Shown here in pieces: positions 27,413 to 39,400 of a stretch of 64,000 nt of DNA. The notes beneath the pieces are model-generated. The model made no database searches. It saw nothing but the letters and a program-made list of their open reading frames with translations, and was not told where the DNA came from. The stretch is from a virus (lineage: Duplodnaviria > Caudoviricetes). Made by a program: the position numbers and the translations under genes. How positions within the stretch are numbered: the stretch's first letter is position 1; each line of letters opens with the position of its first letter. Location: IMG/VR virus record IMGVR_UViG_3300033177_000258, one strand, 5' to 3'.

Positions 27413-28498
27413 ATGCCCGACAAGAAAGACTTCCCATTCGGCGAAGGCGCTGACAACAGCGGCGGGCTCGGCGACTTTCCTGCTGCGCCGTCCGGTGGCG
27501 CGTTCGAGGCCAGTGACGCTGGCGGTTTCGAGGCCAAGGACCTGCAGGGTCTGGCTGCCACGATTCCCTACTACAACGTCACTCTGACGCAGTTCTCCGC
27601 TGGTGGTACCAACTACACCTTCGGCGCTGCGCAGAACGTCACCATCCAGACCCGCAGCAACGAGAGCGATGTCCGTGCCCTGGGCACCACGACCATGTGG
27701 CTGTCCTATGACGTGCCCGACGTAAGCTGCACCGTGTCCCAGAACATGGGATACGGCGACCCGTGCCCCGGCCTGCTGGGGCAGGACGACGCCGGCATGG
27801 TGACCACCCAGACCACAATCTCCAACGGCGACCTGCCGTTCTACGCCCTGGACATCACCGTTGGCGCCATGCGCGCCGAGATGCCCCGCATGCGCCTTGA
27901 CCGTGTTACGGTCTCGGCCGCTGTCGGCAACTTCGCGACGCTGGAATGGGGCTTCACCGGCTACAACATCAGACTGTCGAACAACGTGAACTTCACCCAG
28001 ACCGGGTGGGAAAGCCCGGACGTGACGACCCAGGCCGTCTTCGTCAAGCAGGGCAACGTGTTTGCCAACATCGCCGGCGTGCAGCACCGCGTGCAGAACG
28101 CGAGCATCACCGCCACCCTGGCGCGGGACCCGTTGAAGCAGCTCGGCACGCACGAGCCCTTCGCGTCGGTTCCCACCCTGCCGGTTGCAGTCGAAGCCAC
28201 CATCGAGGCCTTCCCCGTTGGGCAGACCTCGGCCCAGGTGATTTCGTACTACACCGCCAATGCCGACCCGGCCATCTACGCCCGCCCGAGTGCGACGGCG
28301 GATGCCACGCTCATCATGTTCACGCCCACCGGCGACGGCGGCTACTTCGGCTCGAACACGGCGCACAACAAGTGCACGTTCACCATCCCGAACGCATCTG
28401 TCCAGGTCATCGGCCTGAGCGGCAGCACGAGCGACTACGGCGCCCTGACGTACTCCCTGCGCGGGTACGACCTGAAGTACACGTCCGAGACCGCGTAG
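27413..28498 (+). CDS. major tail tube protein
   Basis: AGGAGG RBS; duplicated AQNVTI..RALG / VQNASI..KQLG pattern; followed by hairpin. Confidence 0.65.
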   Translation: MPDKKDFPFGEGADNSGGLGDFPAAPSGGAFEASDAGGFEAKDLQGLAATIPYYNVTLTQFSAGGTNYTFGAAQNVTIQTRSNESDVRALGTTTMWLSYDVPDVSCTVSQNMGYGDPCPGLLGQDDAGMVTTQTTISNGDLPFYALDITVGAMRAEMPRMRLDRVTVSAAVGNFATLEWGFTGYNIRLSNNVNFTQTGWESPDVTTQAVFVKQGNVFANIAGVQHRVQNASITATLARDPLKQLGTHEPFASVPTLPVAVEATIEAFPVGQTSAQVISYYTANADPAIYARPSATADATLIMFTPTGDGGYFGSNTAHNKCTFTIPNASVQVIGLSGSTSDYGALTYSLRGYDLKYTSETA

Positions 28499-28515
28499 AC
28501 GCACCAAGGAAGTGA

Positions 28516-28545
28516 AGAGGGGGCGGGCAGGTGCCCGCCCCCTCT
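28516..28545 (+). terminator. strong GC hairpin (terminator or stabiliser)
   Basis: AGAGGGGGCGGGC-AGGT-GCCCGCCCCCTCT; no U-tract. Confidence 0.6.
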
Positions 28546-28579
28546 GTAGCAAGGTTACCCCAAAGGAAAGGACAAGGCA

Positions 28580-28924
28580 ATGACACCCGATACCAACTCG
28601 GGCGCGCCCCCGGCGCCCGCCCCCGAAGAGCGTCATCCCGACTTTGACCGCTCGTCCCTCAAGCACCAGCTCTCTTTCAGCACGCGTGGCCTCATTCGTC
28701 CGATTCTGTCGGCGTTCGAGGGCCGCGACTGTTCAGACCCGCATGTCTTCGCCATCGCCCGCAAGCAGGTTCTCGACCTGCTGAACGGGATGGACCGCGA
28801 CACCCGGCTGCTCTTGGACAGATACGAAGTGGTAGAGAAGACCGATGTCCAGCAGATTGCCGTCGTGCTCCCCGAATGTGCCCAGGGGCGCGGCATGCTG
28901 GTGTCGGAAGAAAAGCCGCAATAA
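28580..28924 (+). CDS. hypothetical protein
   Basis: AAGGA RBS; 114 aa. Confidence 0.6.
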   Translation: MTPDTNSGAPPAPAPEERHPDFDRSSLKHQLSFSTRGLIRPILSAFEGRDCSDPHVFAIARKQVLDLLNGMDRDTRLLLDRYEVVEKTDVQQIAVVLPECAQGRGMLVSEEKPQ

Positions 28925-28964
28925 CGGCAAGGCAGTCATCCACAAAGGACAGGTGAGACAGACA

Positions 28965-29735
28965 ATGAGCGACGTTATCCCCGCTGGTGGGGACGCCCAG
29001 GCGACCCCTACCGACACCAACATCCCTGAAGAGCAGCTCGACCAGGCCATGGCAATCGTCATGGCGGACGTGGCCGTGGAGCCATCCGAGGACTACCCGG
29101 ACGCCATCAGGACCGAACGCTTCGGCTGGGTGCAGGTCACGGCGCCGACCGTAGGCGCCACCTTTGACTCGCGCCAGTTCTACAGCAAGGCGGTCCAGCA
29201 CCACATCAACTCCGGCGTTGTCTCGCGCGGCGGCATCCTCAAGCGCCTCAACGAGACCGGCGTCTACACGGTCAAGGAGGAGCAAGAGCTCCGCCGCATG
29301 GGCCAGACGATGGAGGGCTACCAGAAGGCTTACGCGGAGACCGAGAAGGTCACCGACGCGGATGCCAAGGCCGCCGCCAAGAAGGAGCTGGAAGACAAGA
29401 TGACCGACCTCCAGGCCAAGATTGACTTCATCAACCAGCCGCTGCAGCAGGAGCTGGAGACCTCCGCCGAGGCCCTCGCGGAATCCGACCGCTGGCTGTT
29501 CGTGGCCACGCGCTGCGTCCGCTACAAGAAGGACGACCTGGAGAAGGGCATCACGGCCGGCATGCCGCTGTGGAGCTCCGTCCAGGCCCTGCGCGATGAA
29601 GTGCAGGACGCCGATGTCAACGAAATCCTGGATGGCTTCAACCGGGTGCGAGCTGGCTACCCTTTGAAGTTCTCCGCGCCCTCGCCCGAGGAGCCGGCAC
29701 AGCCGGCCGACGATGGCGCGACATCTGGCGAGTAG
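28965..29735 (+). CDS. tail assembly chaperone (gpG-like)
   Basis: ATG 28965 after AGGTG; upstream of tape measure; slippery site near end. Confidence 0.65.
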   Translation: MSDVIPAGGDAQATPTDTNIPEEQLDQAMAIVMADVAVEPSEDYPDAIRTERFGWVQVTAPTVGATFDSRQFYSKAVQHHINSGVVSRGGILKRLNETGVYTVKEEQELRRMGQTMEGYQKAYAETEKVTDADAKAAAKKELEDKMTDLQAKIDFINQPLQQELETSAEALAESDRWLFVATRCVRYKKDDLEKGITAGMPLWSSVQALRDEVQDADVNEILDGFNRVRAGYPLKFSAPSPEEPAQPADDGATSGE

Positions 29736-30154
29736 CCAAAGAGCTGGGTGTGCCTCCGTTCCCTGGTAAGTCGCAGCAGGAATGGACGGAGGCGCAAGTC
29801 ATGCTCTGTTCACTGACGGCGTTCTACGATGATGTCAATGCCAGCATGGACCGGCCTCCTGACCACATCGTGAACAACGACCATCTGCTGGACGACTGGC
29901 TACAGCGGCGTAAGCGGGAACACGACATAGAGACGGCCAAACGGTTTGCCAAACAGTCCCCTGGGTCCCCACAGGCTCTGGGCGATGTGTCTGAGGGCTC
30001 GTTTACCGCCCGAGATGTTGCCGCCGCCGAGAACCCAATGCACCTCATCCAGAAGGGTGGTACCATCAGTCTGCCCAACCAAAACGTCGTGCCGGTCATG
30101 GTGTTAGAAGAACCGACGTTCGAGGACATGCAGCGCATCCACCCCACTCAGTAA
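29660..30154 (+). CDS. -1 frameshift extension of tail chaperone (gpGT-like)
   Basis: C CCT TTG at 29660-29666; -1 frame is open (FEVLRALAR..WRDIWRVAKELGV) and continuous with ORF 29750..30154. Confidence 0.65.
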   Translation, partial: PFEVLRALARGAGTAGRRWRDIWRVAKELGVPPFPGKSQQEWTEAQVMLCSLTAFYDDVNASMDRPPDHIVNNDHLLDDWLQRRKREHDIETAKRFAKQSPGSPQALGDVSEGSFTARDVAAAENPMHLIQKGGTISLPNQNVVPVMVLEEPTFEDMQRIHPTQ

Positions 30155-30173
30155 TGTCACCCTCTCGTGACAG

Positions 30174-30207
30174 CAGAAGCGCCCCCTTTTTGGGGGCGCT
30201 TCTGTTT
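30174..30207 (+). terminator. intrinsic terminator-like hairpin
   Basis: CAGAAGCGCCCCC-TTTTT-GGGGGCGCTTCTG-TTT. Confidence 0.7.
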
Positions 30208-30211
30208 GCCA

Positions 30212-30222
30212 CGGAATACTTC
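30212..30222 (+). promoter_or_regulatory. putative late promoter motif (7/9)
   Basis: CGGAATACTTC directly after the hairpin, before the tape-measure leader. Confidence 0.75.
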
Positions 30223-30434
30223 CTATCTGGAAATGGTGTATGGCAAGGCACCCCCTGGTGGGGTAACGGCTATCAAACCCATTTGTTACGCCGCTTCCTT
30301 CGCTGACGGAATCTACCGTCAGGGCTACTCGCGGTCTAGCCATACGTACCGGCGCACAGCCAGGTACGAGCTGGTTCCATACAGCGGGCCGCCTCTGCCT
30401 CTGTGCTTCATTCTCGGAAGGCTTTTCCTTCCAA
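30223..30434 (+). ncRNA. structured leader / unclassified RNA
   Basis: GTATGGC-A-AGGC/GTCT-A-GCCATAC long-range stem; hairpins CTGACGG/CCGTCAG, CGTACC/GGTACG, GCTG/CAGC, GGAAGG/CCTTCC. Confidence 0.5.
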
Positions 30435-30447
30435 GAGGTCACGGTTG

Positions 30448-33400
30448 ATGAATCCCCAGGGCCAGGGCCCCTACAATTCCGTAGCGGGCATCAACTTCTC
30501 AGCCCAACAGCACATCACCGACTTCGAGCGCTTGGTCTCCGAGGTGTCGAGCCTCAACCAGAGACTGAACGATACCGGAGTGGGCACCTCTGCTGGCGCC
30601 GGCAAGGCAACCGGCATCAACCTCTCAGCTCTTCGCACCCAAGTCTCCGAAGCTGAAGCCATGCTCGCGCGCATCCACAGCGTGCACGATAGCATCCGCC
30701 GCGAGACTGCCGCTATGCAGCGCAGTCTTGACGAAATGCGCCGTGTCATGAGCACCGCTACCAACCAAGGGGTCGGCACCGCTCGCTCCGGTGGCGGCGC
30801 CGGCACGGTCTATGGCGGCAGCTACGCGCATCCGCTCTACCAGTCCACTCACCCCGACCGGCAGAAGGTCCAGGCTGGCTTCCAGAAAGACCTGGACTCT
30901 CTCAAGACGAACTTCGACCGCATCATCAAGACCACGGTAGACCAGGCCGTAGGTCGAAGCGTCAACGACTGGCTCACGAAGAACCAGGGCAACCTGCGCG
31001 ACTCATCCGGCGCGCTCATCACCACCGACAAGCGCCCCGGCAGTCTCTGGGCCGAAGCCGTCGAGATGGTGCGCCGCGCCGTGGCGCAGCAGTTCGGGGC
31101 CGGCAACTCCCAGGAGTTCGCATCGAAGCTGAACCAGGCCACTCGGGCTCAGGTCGAGGCCGCCGTGACGCGCGCCATCGAAGAGTCGGCGCGCCGCTTC
31201 AGCAACTTGCAGCGCGTTGACGAGCAGCAGGTAGTTGGCAGCGCCCCTCGCTATGTTGAAGCCAGCATGCTGCGAGGCATGTGGGACCAGCAGATTGCGT
31301 CGCGCACCAACCCGCGCCTCAACCTGGACACCAGCAGCAAGGGCGCCGGTTACGCCACAGAGTTCGAGCAGCAGCTTCGCCGCGCCGGAGTGGACCCCCA
31401 GGCTTTCCGCACGTTCATGAGCGCCACAGGCTACTCTGGCGGCGCCGGCCATAAGAACCCGCTCACCGAAGCCCCGGTTCGCCAGGCCATCTTGGACATG
31501 ATTGCGAAGCACTACCGCACGTCCGGGCGCGCCGACTTGGCTGAGCTCCGTAACCTGTTGGCTACGGTGCCGCCCAGCGGTGCCCGCGCCCTGGACGCCA
31601 ACGGCGAGACCATCCCCTACATGCCCATCACCCGCTCAGACTCCGGCTGGACAACCCAGCGGATGATGACCCGGTACGGGCGCGTGTCCACGGGGGGTTC
31701 TGGTTTCGGCTCAACCGCCGAGCCCGACTTCATGGCCCCCGTAGCCATCTTCGGCCGCTCCCCGCAAGACATCCGAGGCTACCTGCAGACGCTTTTGCAG
31801 TGGCAGGGCACCAGCCATGGCATCTCAGCCATGATGAACCTGTACACGGGCAACCTCGGCTCCCGGCCAGGCCAGCCCATCAGCATGGGTGGCCAGTCCT
31901 ACGCCGCTTCGTCGTTCACGCCCCAGGGGCTCAATAACCAGCTTCGCCTGACCGCCACCGAACGCGAGCAGGTCGGGCGCGTTTTGGCCGACCTCATCCG
32001 CCGCCGTGGCGCCGCCGCTCCGGGCTCAGACTCCCGCCGCGCACTCGCTGCCGAGCTCGGGGACATGCTCCGCATGCTGTCTGTGGCGGGCGCCCCGATG
32101 TACGGCCAGGACACTCTGCAGTTTGCCACTGGTGGGGCGCGCGCGAGCGTGGCCAAGGGGGCCATCGGACAGTTCATAGCCAGCGCCGGCGCGGAGCTGG
32201 GTACCATCATCGAATCCCTGCAGCAGGGCTCTCTCCCCATCATCGGCTACGAGGGCGGGCAGTTCCCCATGCGGCAGGTGCAGCGAGTGATGTCTCGTCT
32301 GGGCCCCGGCGTCCAGACCAGGCCCGATAGTTTCGTCCGCCCGCTGCAGGCTCTCGTTTCCCAGAACATCCGCTCCTTCCGAGAGTTCCACTCCGGGGCC
32401 GGCCGAGAATGGTTCAACGCCCTCAGCAAGGGCTCGGGCATGGGCGAGTTCTGGAAGCAGGACTCCTCCGGTGGCCGCTCCGGTAAGCGTTCAACTCCGC
32501 TTGACGCCTGGCGCTTCTACTCATCGCTTCCGACAAGCGAAGAGGCGTTGGCGCTGGCCGCCGCCAACTACAGCGGCAGCGATACGGCGTTCGTGGCCGA
32601 TGTGGCCAAGGCGTTCGAGAAGGCTGCGCCCGGCTTCTTCGATGAAAAGAAGGGTAAGGGCACGGTAGGCATCAACGAAGAGCAGATGAAGGCTCTCTCG
32701 GGCCACTTCATCGAGTTCCGCCGCAAGGTGGCCGCCGAGTTCCGCGCCAACCCCACCGGCGCTGCCATGACGAACGCCAGGTCCCACTTCAGTTCCCTGA
32801 TGGAATCTCTCGGCGGCCTGTTCCCTGGCAAGGAAGGCCCGTCCAATTGGGGGTCTGGTGGAGCCTACGTCAACCAGGCCATGCGGCTGTGGGGAGAGCG
32901 CCTGGGAGTCCCGATGGGAGAAGGCGGCCTGGGCGGCGGGGTCCTGACGCCGCTGGCGCCAGAGTTCCTCACCCCGAGCTCGTTGGGCGTCCTGGCTTCT
33001 GGTCGTATGACCAGCGGCATGCCCAAGCTCTCAGGGATGGCTAACGCCAGCAGCATGATGGGGCTGTACAACCGCGACCCCTACTATGCCGCTCTCTTTG
33101 GCGGGGTTTCCAAGGCTAACCACAGGGGCTACGGCCTCCTGCGCCTGCACCAGGTTGCGTCCGGTATGAAGTACGGCGACACCAACCTCATCCAGGCCAT
33201 CACTGCCGCCAAGGGCGACCCGGCCAAGCTCGAAGCCATCGCCAATTTCTTCAGGACCCAGGCTGCCAATGTCCCATTCTTTGAGACCGGGGGTATGTCG
33301 CAGGGAGAGCTGACCAAGATGCTCCCCGGCCTGTCCCAGGAGCAGACCGGAAACCTGAGCCGACGCGGCCTTCTGGAAGCGTTCGGCGGCAACCTCACTA

Positions 33401-36400
33401 AGTACCTCGGAGCGCTCGGCGTGGGAGGTGGCGTCACCAACGCGGCCGCCCAACACCTGTCTCAGCTCTCGGGGATGCCTTTGCAAGACGTGATGAAGGA
33501 CGAGATGGGCGCCCTCACCAAGGCGTATGGCCTCTCGTCTGCCAAGCAGTTCATAACCCTAGACGACTTCATTTCCCAGTGGGCAGATGCTACCGGCCGC
33601 AGATACCGACCAGGCGGGGCTGGCATGCAGGAATTGCATGCTATGTCTGCCGGTCTCCACTCGGCCAAGGCTACAGGCGAACTGCCGCCCTGGGTTGTGG
33701 ATGATGCAAGTGTGCTGGCCCAAAGACACGGCGCGTGGCCAGCCGGCCAAATCACTGGAGAAGGTGGTTCCCTGATGAATGCCATCAATGAACACTACCC
33801 AGGAGAGTTCTCTTCTGGGGCGGGAGTGGGCATTGGCTCAGTTCCCGGAACCGTAGGTATCGGCTCGGGTGGTGCTTTCACCCTCGATGCCCTCATTGGG
33901 CCCATCAACCACCTGTCCCAGGCTATCGCCAGCCTGAGCCAGCAGATTGGCACCCTCACCGAGCGTGGTGGAAGCGCCGCCACCCCGCAGGTAGAACGTG
34001 GAAGCGTACAGTCGGTTGGAATTGCCCCGCCCACTCAGACGGGCGGCGGAGGCAGCGGAGGCGGCGGAGGTCAAACACCTCCTCCCGATGGCCGGGTTCG
34101 TCCCATCGCCCCCATGGGGGGCGGCAATAACGGCGGCGGCAACGGTGGCAGCGGTGACAACCCCCCACCGCCCGAAGATGGCGATTTCAAGCAGAGGGTC
34201 TGGGCATACGAAGAGAGCTTCAGGCTACAGCGTGAGCTGCAGAAGCAGTTTGACGCCCAGGCTGTGGGGGCCTTCCCGAAACTGGGTTCGGAGGATGTGT
34301 CGAGTGCTAGAAGGCAGTATGCCCAGAGCGTGGGGTACGGCCGCTTCGGGCGCCAGTACCAGGTTGGCTCGGAAGAAGCCAGCATCGGGCTAGAGTTCCG
34401 TCCCGACACCGAAGGCAATCTGCAGCGCGTCATTCGCGGCAACGCGAACGCCGCCAACATGGAGCAGGCCAGGGCGCAAGCCGAAGTGTACGCCAAGGAA
34501 TTGTTCAGCAACTACCACCCGTCTCGACCGGGTATGACCGCCGACGAAATCCGCGCCGAGCGCGCGGGCCACGCTCTTGATTACGGGTTCCTGGGCCAGT
34601 CAGTAGCCTCTGGCAAGGTGGGCCACGGCCTGGCATCAACGGCCGTAGACTACATCGCCACCGGCTCTGGAGTTCAGGTTGTGCCGCGCACTCCGTCCGG
34701 GATGATGCCGGTCAACCGGACTGACCTGCCGGGCGTCCTCCGGGCACTCGAAGCGGCAGAGAACGAGAAGATGCGGGAGAAGGCCCGCGAGAAGTTGGGC
34801 GCCAATGCTAGTGAAGCAGACATCGCCCGCGACATGCGCCGCGCACAATTGGAACGAGTTGGCGAGAACATCCGCCCCATCAATGTCGTGGACTCCTACG
34901 GGAACATGAACCGGCGCATGCTGCGCTGGGGAATCTCCGCCGACCCCAATGGGAGGGTCTCGCCCCATCTGCAGGATGTCGCTCCAGAAGGCAAGGTCTT
35001 CCGCTCATTCGATGAGGTTGCCACACACGCCCGCAACCTGAGCGCCGTGTTTGACGAGCTGGCCCGAGACGCTCGCGGCGCCGGCAACGCCATGACTGAT
35101 GAGGGCGCGTTCTACGGTGAAGTCGGCCGCGAGAAGATGCGGGTCGCGGGCCAAGAGGTTGGCGTGCGCTTCCTCCGCACTGCTGGCGGCGAAGTCATCG
35201 CGTCTCCAGAAATGGGACGCTCCATCCAGGCACTGCCCACACCCCAGGCACACGCTGAGGTCCAGAACCTGCTCAGGATGAGGGCCCAGGAAATCGAGAA
35301 GAGCCTGGACGCTCTCTCACAGGTTCCTGGCATCGGTAACCTGCGCAGCATGGGGCGTGTCTACGACAAGGTTCCGGTCCAGTGGACCAGCCCTGGCGGG
35401 CACACTCTCCTCGAACAGCAGTACAGCATGACGCAGACGGCTCGCGGCGTCAAGGCCATCCCTGAGCAGGGGCAGCTCGGCTTCGCTCGTGTGGGCGGAG
35501 ACATCACCAACGCCATCGAGAAGGTTGGTCTGTGGGCGGTAGCCACCGGCGCCGTCTACAACTTCATGGCGGCGGTTCGTGGCGCCTACAGCCTCATGAC
35601 CAAGTTCGAAGAAGAGCTGGCCACCAGCCGCGTTCTGCAGCCCGGCTACAGCGACCTGGGGCGCGTGCGCAAAGAGTTCATCGGCATCGCCAATGACTAC
35701 GGCCAGTCTCTGACCAACGTTACCCAGGCGGCTCACCTCTGGGAGCGCCAGTACAAGAACGTCTACCAGGTCCTGGAACTCACCCGCGAGAGCATCAAGC
35801 TCTCCAAGGTGGACAACATTGACTTGGCCCAGGCTAACAAGTACCTCGAAGCCACCATTAACGAAATGGGCTTCGCGGCATCTGATGTTGGCCGCATCGT
35901 TGATAGCTGGACCAACGTCACCAACAACGCCCAGGTTACGATGGAAGACCTGGCTGAGGGTGTGGCTCGGGCCGGCGCCTCGGCCAAGATGGCCGGCGTT
36001 GACTTCGACACGCTCAACGGTCTTATCGCTGGCGGCGTGCGCGCCACTGGCGCCGCTGGTTCCGAAATCGGGAACATGCTCAAGACCGTGTTCGCGAAGA
36101 TGTACACGACGGACGCGGCTCGTGAGCTCAACCAGATTGGTGTCGCCACTCATGAAGTCGTCAACGGCGTGCGAGAGTTGCGCCCGGCGCAGGAAATCTT
36201 GGGCGACCTGGCTAGCAAGTGGGGCACGCTCACCCGAGCTCAGCAGGAATCCATCGCCCTGGGTATGGCTGGTGGCGTAAGGCAGGTCAACCGCCTCTCC
36301 GCCGTTCTGGGCGACTACCGCACGGTTTTGGATGCTGCAGCCAGAAGCTCCGAGGGCTTCGGGGCTGCCAACCGAGAGGTAGGCATCCGAATGGACACCT

Positions 36401-39400
36401 TGGCGGGCCAGTTCGCCAAGCTCAAGGCCAATGTCCAAGGTGTCATGTCCAGCTCGTTCTTCGAGGGCGGCGGCCTCAATATTGCGCGAAGCGGCGTCAG
36501 CGTCGCGCAGAATGTCGTCGGCGCTGTAAGCGCAGCTCCGCCCATGGCTCAGGGCGTTCTTGTCAACTCCCTCTACGGCATCGCTGGTGTGACCGGCCTC
36601 AACATGATGTCCCGCATCTTTGGGGGAGAGGCCGCTCTCAACATGGGCCACTTACGCATGCTGGCCAACGCAGGCCGAGCAGTGGGTCCCGTAGGAGCTG
36701 TTGAGACCGGAGTTGGGGGCGTCATCAATGCAGGAGCCAAGGCGGTAGGCGCGGCTGGGTCAGCAGTTTCTGGGTGGCTGGGTCGCAACAGCTTCGGGCG
36801 AGCCCTGCAGGAGGGTTACCGCCTGACGGCTCGTTCCCCCATTGTCGCTGCCGAGGCGGCCGAGGCGGTAGCCGCTCGTGGCGCCGTGGAAGGCTTCACG
36901 AGTTCGCTTCTGGGTGGCACTTCTATCATCGGCGGCTTCATCGGCCACATCAAGAACATGAGCCGCGTCATGGCCATCGTGATATCCGCTGTCGGCCTGC
37001 TGACCGGGGTAGGGGTTGCCGCCCACTATCTGAAGACCACGCCCGAAGAGCGCGAAATCGAGCGGGTACAGAACCGCCAGATTCGCCTGCGGCCCCTCTA
37101 TGAGGCTCGCGAGCGGGTAGACCAAATCAACCAGGACGAACGCAAGTTCGGGGCTCTTGGTATCGCCCAAGTCATTGAGCGCGACGAGCTCCAGCGTCGC
37201 ATACAGGAACTCGGGTACAAGTTTGGAGTTGGCGATGGCAGCGGCGTTGTGGGGCTCGATAGCGCATCCAAGCAGGCCGCGCTCAACGCCTACGCTGGGG
37301 CTATCGGTGACATGAGCCGAGGCCGTGGCACCGAGCGCTTGTCTGCCCTTGGAGCCACAGTTAGAGGACTCACTACCTGGGTCCCCGCCAACGAAGGCGG
37401 CATGACCGGCATCCGTCAGTCGCTGGACCTGCGCGATATGGCGGTAACCATCGGCGGCCAAAAGGCCGGGGCAGACCCCAAGCTCCAGAACCAATTGATG
37501 GCTGGGCACATGGGTGAAGCTACCCGTGAAGTCGCTATGCGTCTCGGCATCGCGGCCCCTCAGTTGCGCCAAGACGCCTCTGTCTTCGAAATCTTCGAGT
37601 CTCTCAGTCCCAATCGGTATGTGGTCGAGGGAGACTCTGCTTTGGGCGCGTTCGGGCAGGCGGCACAGTCTGGCAAGGACGCCATGCTGTACTCCTGGCG
37701 GGGTTCCAACGACCGCCGCACCGACCGTCGCGTCTACTCGTTGGGTTGGGATAATGACGCCAAGCAGTACGCGCTCACCCAAGCCACAGAGAAGGGCGAC
37801 ACTTCCCTGGTCGGCCTCTTCAAGACAGTAGAAGAGGCGCAAAGGCACATTGCTGCCTCCGGCGACAACTTCAAGGCTATCGCCGGCGACCGCAAGGCCG
37901 AGCTGACATTCCAGGAAACCACCAAGTCTCTGGAAGTCTTTGATGACCGCATCAAGCGGCTGGGCCAGACCACGACCGAAGTCATGCGGGTCATGTCGTC
38001 CATCAACAAGCAGTTCACAACCAGTGGCGTAGCCGTTGGTGTGGGCGCCTACGGCTCCACCGCCGCGAGTCGGCTCACCGGCCCCATGGCTGGCGCCATG
38101 AACCAGATGTACGAGGCCCAGCAGCAGTACAATGAATCCATGGGCCAGGCGGCCCTCGCCCGGCGCAACCTGCAGTCTAGCATCATGAAACGGCGCCGCA
38201 AGGGCGACACCCGCAGTGATGAAGAGATTATCCGCGATGCTCGCGAGGACGCACGCGCCGCCAAGCAAAATCAGGCCGGCGCCGCAGACTACGTATCGCT
38301 GGAAATCTCCGAGGCAGACCAAGCTCTCAATGGTTATCTGGATAGTGCGCGCCGGGCGTTGGATGTCACCCGCCAGACGGCCGAGGCCCTGCGTGAAGCC
38401 GTCGAGAACATCAAGAGCCTCCAGGACTCATCGCTTGAGCTCTACAACGTGTGGAGCGAAGTGGGGCAGGCCGTCAAGGCGAGCCGAGACGCCGCGTGGG
38501 CGATGTACGAGGTGCAGAAGACCATGGCCGCAGACGCCATGGCGTCTTCCATGTCAGCGTCCATCGGACTCGGGGGCTCTCAGCACGAAGCCGCCTTGGC
38601 GCTTGACCGCAAGTACGAAGAGGCATCGTCGCGGGCCATCTCTCAGATTGCCGGCGCCTACGTTGGCGGGATGGCCGCAAACGCCCGAGCCTTTGGGGGC
38701 GAGATGCCCATGGGCATCAGGCTGCCCAGCTTCGCTCAGGGCGGTCCTTCTGCGTACTCGCTGCTGGAGAACCAGCTCTACGCATCCTCAGACTTGGCGG
38801 GAAGCGGAGCTTACAGCGGCGCGCCCGAGAATGTGCTGAACGAAGCCGCGATGACGTTCTACCGCGCTGTGGGCATCTTCGCTGGTGCGGTTGGGGCCCC
38901 CGGTGGAAGCACCGAGGGTGCTGACACGAGCAAGGGGCGTATCTTTGGGGCGGGGCTGGCCGAAGGCGGGTTCTCTGACCGCATCGTAGCTCAGTCTCCT
39001 CACAAGAGCAAGGACAGCTTCCTCGCCTGGCTCAACAAGGGCGAGTATGTGCTGCCTGCTGGCATGGCTGCCGTATTGGGCCCGGCACTGGAGCAGGGGC
39101 GCACCAAGGGCGGCACCGGCGCCCTGCTTGGCCTGCTGAGCGGTATCCGTGGGTACGCCGAAGGCGGCTACGTTTCTCCAGATGAAGAGACCGCGCGACG
39201 CTTCATTCAGCGAGGCCAGCGCTACGGCTCTGCTGCGGGTGAGATTCCGTTCGGTAGCGCGGCTCTTCGCCGCTCCCCGGACTTGCTCCTCCGCATTGCT
39301 GAGCAACTGAACACCGAACCGGGTCTGCTCCGAGATGGTTTCGACCCCACAGCCGGTAGCAGCTCACGTGCTTTGGCCGACCTGAACTGGCTCCTGCGGA

